From: Paraglomus brasilianum
Taxonomy: Eukaryota
Length of the DNA stretch: 45,920 bases
NCBI GenBank assembly: GCA_910592345.1
Contig: CAJVPI010000176.1
Location: forward strand, 1-45,920
Direction: 5' to 3'
Shown here in pieces: positions 38,499 to 45,920 of this stretch (its first letter is position 1; each line of letters opens with the position of its first letter). Made by a program: the position numbers and the translations under genes. The notes beneath the pieces were generated by a model, which was not told where the DNA came from, did no database searches, and worked only from the letters and a program-made list of their open reading frames with translations.

Positions 38499-39765
38499 AT
38501 GGCAGACACATCTAACGACGCTGGCTCCAAAAATTGGCTCAAAGAGAGAGCAGCCATATGTAAGAAAGATAGTCTTTATCTGTCTATCCGAATTATCTGC
38601 TCATATTTGACTTGGCTTGTGTCTTTTACTGTAACAAAAAGTTTTACAACAGCTTATTAGTATAGTAATACTAACATAAACCAATGTTGTGTGATATATA
38701 AGCGGCTGCACACAGACGACAGAAGACAGACCCTGCCGTAGGGAGACTTATCGAAAAGGCCGAGCAGTTACATAAAGAACGCACCCACCGAAACCTGCGG
38801 GATGCTGGCAAAGAGAACGACATCGTTGAAGGTATAAGACGTGCGGACAACACTCGCTTACTTGCCAAATTTAACATAAAACTTATGCTTTTCTATTTCC
38901 TAGATGAGGGGGAAGACATTGATGCCATTGTGAATATACCTCCACCGGCTGAAGTGGTCGTTAAAGGTAATGATATGAAATCAAGTGATTAGTTATTTTT
39001 GGCAGGGCCGAACTTATATCATTCGTCTTCCTTAAATCTTTACCTGTCAATCAAAAATCAGTCGCACCAAAACCAACTGAATCGGAGCTAGAGACCGAAG
39101 GCCATGACAAGGAAGCCAGCGAAGATTTGTTCCGTAACTTTGCCAAGAGTGTTCTGGAAGAGACCTTGACTACAGAATCCTCACTCGAACTGTCGTTTGA
39201 TCTCAAGCCTGAGGATATTATAAAGGAAGAGGAAGATGCGGATGAAGGAGGTGATGGGGAGGATGGCGAGGATGGAAAGGATGAGGGAGAGGATGGGGGA
39301 GCAGAGGAGGAGGAGAAAGACAAAGATAATGAGCATAAAGATGGAGAAGAGGTGGAAGAAGCGGAAGAGGCGGAGGTGGCGGAAGAGGCGGAAGACAATG
39401 AAACCAGAGATGGCGGCGGAGAAGGAGGAGCGGAAGAAAAGGTCGAAAGTGAAGAGGGTAAGTTGATGCAATTATTTGTGGGGAAATGGGAAAAAAAAAA
39501 GTTTGGTTACTGGAAGAGACACCCGTTTATCTGACCATGTTTTTACCATATTCTGGTAGGATATGAATTTATAGGTACAGACACATTGCAAAGTGAAGAT
39601 AGCGTTGTTCTTATAGACGAGAGTAAGTTTTATCTCCTATCTTACTTAATTCTTATGCTAGGTGTTTTTAGAGTCAATAACACTAATTTTACCTTTACGA
39701 TTTACGTTGCCACATTGTTAACAGCTCCATTACACTCTAAAGACGAGTTGTCTGCATCCGAGTAA
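38499..39765 (+). CDS. Orphan multi-exon protein with a long acidic (E/D/G) region
   Basis: Six exons join in frame across GT-AG introns: MADTSNDAGSKNWLKERAAI|SAAHRRQKTDP..|DEGEDIDA..|..EEEDADEGGDGEDG..|GYEFIG..|TPLHSKDELSASE*. Confidence 0.7.
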
Positions 39766-42019
39766 TCATTACGCACTCTAGAACTATTTATTCGAAAATA
39801 TACATATATTTCGGTTGTAGTTATTGCATTTCGTTAATATTTACATATTCGTTATTATCATTTATTGTATTGGGTATTGGGATGGATTCTTATCTAACCT
39901 ATCAGGAGTGCTTCCTCCTCCTTTGTATTTATTGAGATAAGAATCTTTGATATTGAGTAAATATTCTGGGTGAAATTTTATTCGTGAAACAACATGAATT
40001 GCAATGAATAATGTTGAAGACCAAAGCTGTGAGTTGTATACAAAGGGATTATTGGCATACCATCTCACAGTCAGTGTACATATGCAAAGAATTTGAGGCA
40101 AATTTGTATGGAAACCTAGATGACCACAAATAAATGATATAAATATCAATTAGAGAGCAGTGTTCGTACCTTTAGACTAGTTCGTGATTTGCTAACATGC
40201 CGGATGTGTTTATAGGCACTTTTTTTTACTTTGGAAACATGAATCAGCGATCATGCAACTTGCCCAAAGTATGAACTGCTGTCGGATTGGTTCCAACCTT
40301 GTCTGAAAATCACTATTTATGAGCTTTGATCAATAAAACTTAAATTGCATTGGCCAGTCTATCAGAACGTATGTTGTTCTATCACATGAAATAACAAGAT
40401 GGGAATAATTGGCAATCACTTTCAAGGCTATATATACTATATGCGGCCTGCGCCTATGAGGATCAGCGATCATGCAAATAATTACAAGCGCGCTATCCGG
40501 TCAACGGTGAGTTTTTCACTAGACTGGTCATTGGTAATCGTGTTCTCGTTTCCTTTTGATTGCCGCAATGATGACTAGTTATAAAGTTATGTTGATTGAT
40601 TAACTATATTTTGTATTTGTTACGAGGGTTAGTAACCGTCCACGTGTTGCTTTGTTCAATTAGGAAAAACATGAAACTAACGTTCGTGATTATAACAACT
40701 TTAAAAATCTCTTGTAATAAATGTTCACGTAGATTTAGTCTTTTGCGTAATCCATTATCACCGGTCAGGTTTCTCAGACTCTTCTGGGTTAACCTCAATT
40801 TCGGATGCATCCAGATTATAACGTCCATAATTCGCAAACGGATTAGATTCGCGAAAATAACTCTGATTTGGGTGACTATATTCATTTTCGGTGAATTGTG
40901 TTAGGGAGATGTATTTTCTAATATTTATCGTACAGTCACACGTTGTTTATATCCCCACTTTGGGACCCAGGATTTCAATAGATAATATTTTTATTGGTTA
41001 ATAAATTCCATTAGTGACGTCTGACGTTTTGACCTTTCTACTGCTTCATCTAAGCGCTTAATTGCATTTATTTCTAAATAATGTATAGCATAATTTATAT
41101 TCTAATTTATTATGTTTATTTATCGCCTGGTTTTATGACCCGATTTTATTTATGACCTGATTTTGTGGCCTGATTTTATTGCGTCGTCGCCTAACCAAAT
41201 GAAGCAAATGATCGACTTATCTCGCACGAATATATATTAATATATAGAAATGGCATGATTTGTGGGGATAAGGATAGGAGTGGGATATAACTGAGGTTGG
41301 GAATATAACTGAAGGGGTGTACATGATAATAACGCGCGTTCATCCTCCTGAGTGATTATATACAAGTTAGGAAATTGTTTGAGAAATCAAGGTTTTGGAT
41401 GATGGTGCTTTATGTGAATGCCAGTAGACTTTACCACGAAAAGAATGAAAATAATGATATCAATCAGCACAACTAATTGTTTTACAAGGAAATGTGGGTG
41501 ATCATGATGATTGTTCTAGTTTCTTTATACAATTTACCGTATCTAGCGGTAAATCCAATGCCCTGGATCAATCTTTAGAAACTGGACGAGAATAAAAATT
41601 ACGCTTCGTCTCCCTACTCAATATGCCTCGTTTGATTGCGTGCACGAACCTCTTCTAATTTTTTTGGGATTCAGTAATACAGTATTTCATTTGGTAACAA
41701 CAGCCAATCACTTATAACCTTGGCAATATCGTATTGGATTTGAGCGCATGCAACTGCAGCTTCACATAGTGCTAAAGGTTGCTACGTAGAAGTACAGAAG
41801 ATGGGTTTGGAGACTCTGAATAAATTACTTCAGACATCGAGACACCAGCTTACTTATGGATATCAGAGCGATCGTCATGTCGTACATTGCGGTAATTCTT
41901 ACATTGAGCTTTATCTTGATTGTTTGTCTTTTGTTAATTCTCTCCTTATTCTTCCATAGATTAAAAACCCGAGAATTTGCTTTATGAAGACATAATACTC
42001 TTATCTTTCCGTGATCAAA

Positions 42020-42380
42020 AGTGTGTGCGTTGGTCCCGATCACATGGAGGGAGGGAGGGTTTCCACCAGTCGCTCCAAATTTCGTTGCGGAAATACGTTC
42101 AGATAATGATACTTGGGAATATTGTCAATAAAATGTTAGTTTATATGGATTCTGGGGTAGATGTAAGTGATCAATCATTGTTTATATGTTGTTTATGTTT
42201 ATTCTTCTATTGCTATTAATTATTATAGTTATTATTTTCTAGGAAGGTATCTTAATTGATCCTATCGATCAAACTTTAACGTGGTATCAAATTAATGAAA
42301 ATAATATTGTCGAAATAATCCGCGTTCTTTTAGATCTCGAATTCTCAACGGATTCACTTTAGACTTGCGACATTATATAA
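42020..42380 (+). pseudogene. Uma2 (DUF820, PD-(D/E)XK restriction-endonuclease-like) pseudogene with a spliceosomal intron
   Basis: VGPD../GFPPVAPNFVAEIRSDNDTWEYC/KMLVYMDSGVD|EGILIDPIDQTLTWY../ILNGFTLDLRH. Intron 42163-42242, with frameshifts. Confidence 0.8.
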
Positions 42381-42649
42381 CCGGTAGCAAAAAAAGGCTT
42401 AATTTCAACATCTTTTTTTTATTCACTGCGAATCAAGAATAATGTCTTCATGCATACATATATATTTAGCTTATGTAAATGCCGTATATTACTTATTGTT
42501 GGTTTAATACAATTAATTTGGATCAATTTCGAAATATTAGTTACGTGATTTTAATACAACTACTGTGCGCATAATTTTACATGATGATACTATTTTTGCT
42601 TATAGATAAAGGTTAAATCTCTTCCTCCTGAAGAATACTTTATTAATTT

Positions 42650-43386
42650 TCAAATATATTTAACCGAAGGCGCTGTGCATAATCTAGAGACATTCCTCAT
42701 AATATTACCCGATACCATTTGTATCCCCTCCGCACTATTAGATGATTGCTGATTGCTAGTAGAAGCTTCATAAGATGGTGGTTGAACAGATGAAGTTGTC
42801 GTGTTATTCCCTCCTCTGGCTGGGTTTCCTGTATTACCATCTTCATTACGAGATGATGATTCCGAACGCGTACGACTTCTTTGATTGCGTCGGCTCCGAC
42901 TTCTCCGACTAGATGTTCTTTGGCCTAGTACCTGTTCAACCACTTCAATAGAAGGTGCAGGCGAAACAATTCCTCTGCCTCGTCTACAATTAGAGATATT
43001 CATATTGCGAATCCTATCAAAAGGATCTTCAGGATTTTCCCAAAAATGACTCCTCAAAATATTTCGACTCCTTCGAGCTGTTCGACTTCCATTCATATAT
43101 TCACACATCACCTAATCATTGGAGGTAATGTGGAAAGTGAGATTTTAAGATTCGCCTGCGATTAAGTAGACTATTAATACCCTTTTTCTCATATTCATTC
43201 GAAAAAAGAAAAGCTATTAGAGTAAGCAAACTGGATTTTTCAAAAAAGGATAGGTTATCTCCCGCAGATCAATGGATCAAGGGAGTATTCTAGTCGCAAT
43301 ACTTTTCCCAAGTTATGATATTCTTCGTTCCTATTTCTACGCTCGTTGATAAGGATACGGGTTTGTGCATCGGTCCAGTCGACCAT
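42650..43386 (-). pseudogene. Myb/SANT-like domain protein remnant (possibly Harbinger-ORF-related)
   Basis: MVDWTDAQTRILINERRNRNEEYHNLG..SIATRI, then disrupted sequence, then MCEYMNGSRTARRSR..RSHFWENPEDPFDRIR and an R/S-rich tail. Confidence 0.55.
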
Positions 43387-44029
43387 TTTCCAAATAATCG
43401 AAAGGCTATTCACCCTGGAAAAAATTGGTTTTTGTATGGCGGGATATGGAATGCTTTTTATAAGTACCTACACGTCAACCCGAGTACAACTCTATATCTG
43501 CAGATGATCGATGTTTTTAATAGTGATTTTTTTAACCATACATGTGAACGTCCTGTAACGATTACTAAGAGTTCTTGAACTACTCTCAAACCATACTTTA
43601 ACTCCAGCGCCTTTCAATCCATACCCAATATAGATCTTTACCCCGTAATCGTATGTTTATCCCTGCGATCATTCTGCGATCAACCTATGTGAAGCGTCAC
43701 TGACCATACTCTCCATCATGTAAAACATAAAAGGTATATCCCAAAGTGCTAATATTATTTTTATTAATAGTATTGTGATACACCATGTAAAAAAAAAATT
43801 ACAAAAGTCGGGAGCTACATGACGTCTATGTAATATACATCCTATTTTTTCGAACAATATTCCTCTATTCTAGCTTTTTTCTTTGATGGAGGATCATCTT
43901 TCGCACATGCTCTATCCTTTAATAATTCTACTACTACGCCCAACACCTTTTTAACATACGGTATACTGTATATACCAAAAAAATCCGGAATTACAAAATT
44001 ACACATCGCAAAAAAAAATTAGCATGGAA

Positions 44030-44533
44030 TGCGTTCACTGTTACACGTTTCATTGATCGTACTAACCCAATTTGGAATATCATCCCATAATCTAATATTT
44101 CTCGGCATTTCTTTTCTACATTTCGTTTAACAATACTCAAGAGATTCTCTACTGGATTTAGGTCAGGGCTGTTAGAAGGCCACAGGCATGTATCCCGAAG
44201 AACGTTTTATGCGAGGCGAATAGCATGTTGTCTTGTTGAAAACGCCACATTCGTCTCCTAACAAGTCATCAAGCTGTCTTCGGAGTATGTCTACATAAAA
44301 TTGTTGACCACTATATTTCGGGAAAAACAGTATAAAATCATCTTATCTCTTATGCAGAAGCAAAGAGCTTTGTTGGATCCTTTAGGGTTAGGGTTAACGG
44401 TTCCAGGTTGTTCAAGTTTTTTTAATGTTATCATAAACCATACTGTGGGATAACCTTGCGTTTATGAATCCCGAATGCCTTGATTCCATAATTGTTGTAT
44501 AGCTTGGCTATTTGTCTCTTGTCTGGAAGTCAT
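44030..44533 (-). mobile_element. Internally deleted Tc1/IS630-family DDE transposase remnant
   Basis: N-terminal QAIQQLWNQGIR..YDNIKK, then PKDPTKLFA, FYVDILRRQL, the hallmark WPSNSPDLNPVENL and IVKRNVEKKMPRNI. Confidence 0.88.
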
Positions 44534-45596
44534 CGTTCTAATTGATGTTTCTCGATGAAGTTTTAGGAAAGTTGAAGGAATTTGAGAAATAGGATTAGTG
44601 CAAAATACCTATAAATTAGCAGTTCAAAATGAATAAATTTCTTTATTTTACAGTTTACATCGTTTAAATCGACCTAAAATTGGTGGAGATATGTACTATT
44701 CCACACTGTAAGTCTTACAGCCGTTACTTTAACATGGAACGTTTCGAATGCAAGAGCAGATTAGAAAATATTGCAGGTGGACTACGAGCAGATGATGATA
44801 TACCACTTCGATCCGCGACATCGAACAAATTATTGAAAAAGACCTTAACCCAAGAACAATCATTGCATTATGAGTGTTATTATTGTGCAACTAGCCAGTG
44901 TTTGCTCAGACTCTCGGCCAGAAGTTAGGAATGGGCGAATCAGTTTCGCACGGTTGATATAATCTTGGCATGTTAGCACACTTGCTTTGTTAGATGTTGC
45001 TAAACTTGCATTGTTACGGGCCGTTAAGGCTATATCGTAATGAGTGGCGATAGATCTTTGAGGGATATGAGTGGATTGACGATTCATCACTCACGTTTTA
45101 GTTCTTACAGGGGGGTCATATTTCTGCTTGCGCTATCGCGTCTATCAAGGTTTTAAATACCATTATCCAATGTCCAATCACGATGCAAGAAAATCTTACA
45201 ACAATGACGCTTTTCTTACCAAAACTAATTGTCCACTGAAAAATAATAACTATCAAGTTGATAGTGAAGCTTCACCGCCAGGTGAGCCGAGCTCGAATGT
45301 AAGTATTCAGAAGCGATTATTATCAAACTCATTACCAGTTTCATAAACTTTAGATAATTGGTTCTCAATATTTGCTTTGTAATAAATAATGTACTCTATA
45401 TTTTCTTACATATTCAAATGATCAAAGACTGTTAATAGTAAACGTGCGCGATTTGTTTCGAAACCTTGTTAACTTAATCATATTGACATTACGTGGAAGC
45501 ATATCGTATTTAATAGTAAACCCTTGAATAAAACTCGTATAAACCCATGAATTCAAAAAAGAGGTTGAGTTTCTAAATTATAAGAAATGGACAGTG

Positions 45597-45920
45597 TTAA
45601 CATTGTAAATTGACTTCATTTGTATTGACATATAACTGCATACCTGCGGCTGAATCCAAATCATAGCTATTTCTTGGTTTAGGTAATTCTCCAGTAGGTA
45701 AGAGCTTACTGGAGTATTTACTCTCCTTCTCAAGACGTGACAAAGGTCTTACATTATTATGATAAACGGCATTCCATATGTCAGAATTTAAAATTTCCTC
45801 TTCAAAAAGCTCGGCAATATAACCCCAAAGTGTCCGTCCATTCTCTGGACGCTTATCAGGGTCAGCATCACAACACCGCTCGGCAAGTTTCTTGTATTCC
45901 TCTGGTGCGGAATCAGGCAT
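45597..45920 (-). CDS. 3' part of a TKL-like protein kinase gene (continues beyond the window)
   Basis: Kinase subdomain XI PEEYKKLAERCCDADPDKRP and tail YSSKLLPTGELPKPRNS. Likely donor GTATGC near 45642, so the true stop is uncertain. Confidence 0.8.
   Translation of the reverse strand: MPDSAPEEYKKLAERCCDADPDKRPENGRTLWGYIAELFEEEILNSDIWNAVYHNNVRPLSRLEKESKYSSKLLPTGELPKPRNSYDLDSAAGMQLYVNTNEVNLQC

Noticed and set aside
44381..44400. TAACCCTAACCCTAA as a telomerase RNA template
   Set aside because: It is embedded in transposase-derived sequence and better explained as a junction or slippage event.

Overview
Eukaryotic, intron-rich, AT-rich fungal genomic DNA. The decayed Sel1-repeat, kinase and Myb/SANT-like remnants point to an arbuscular-mycorrhizal (Glomeromycota-like) genome; this is inference. 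The core (about 4.4-33.5 kb) holds tightly packed housekeeping genes, mostly in divergent or convergent pairs: TMEM115, COG4, a CobW/COG0523 GTPase, SPT20 with a long polyQ tail, a FYVE-less ZFYVE19/ANCHR-like protein, VFA1, a PQ-loop ANY1/PQLC1-like protein, HMT1/ABCB6, UBC6/UBE2J1, LIN1/CD2BP2 and tropomyosin. The flanks and gaps contain MITE/TIR elements, a CpG-depleted Sel1 pseudogene, an acidic orphan gene, an intron-containing Uma2-like nuclease pseudogene, a Myb/SANT remnant, a deleted Tc1 transposase and a kinase 3' end. The most interesting signals are two tail-to-tail pairs of functionally linked trafficking genes (a triple-MIM1 ANCHR-like gene with the MIM2-bearing VFA1, both predicted Vps4 binders, and TMEM115 with COG4), three GC-AG introns, 9- and 17-nt microexons, and a telomere-like junction inside the Tc1 remnant. 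All gene models were spliced by eye and need RNA-seq confirmation.
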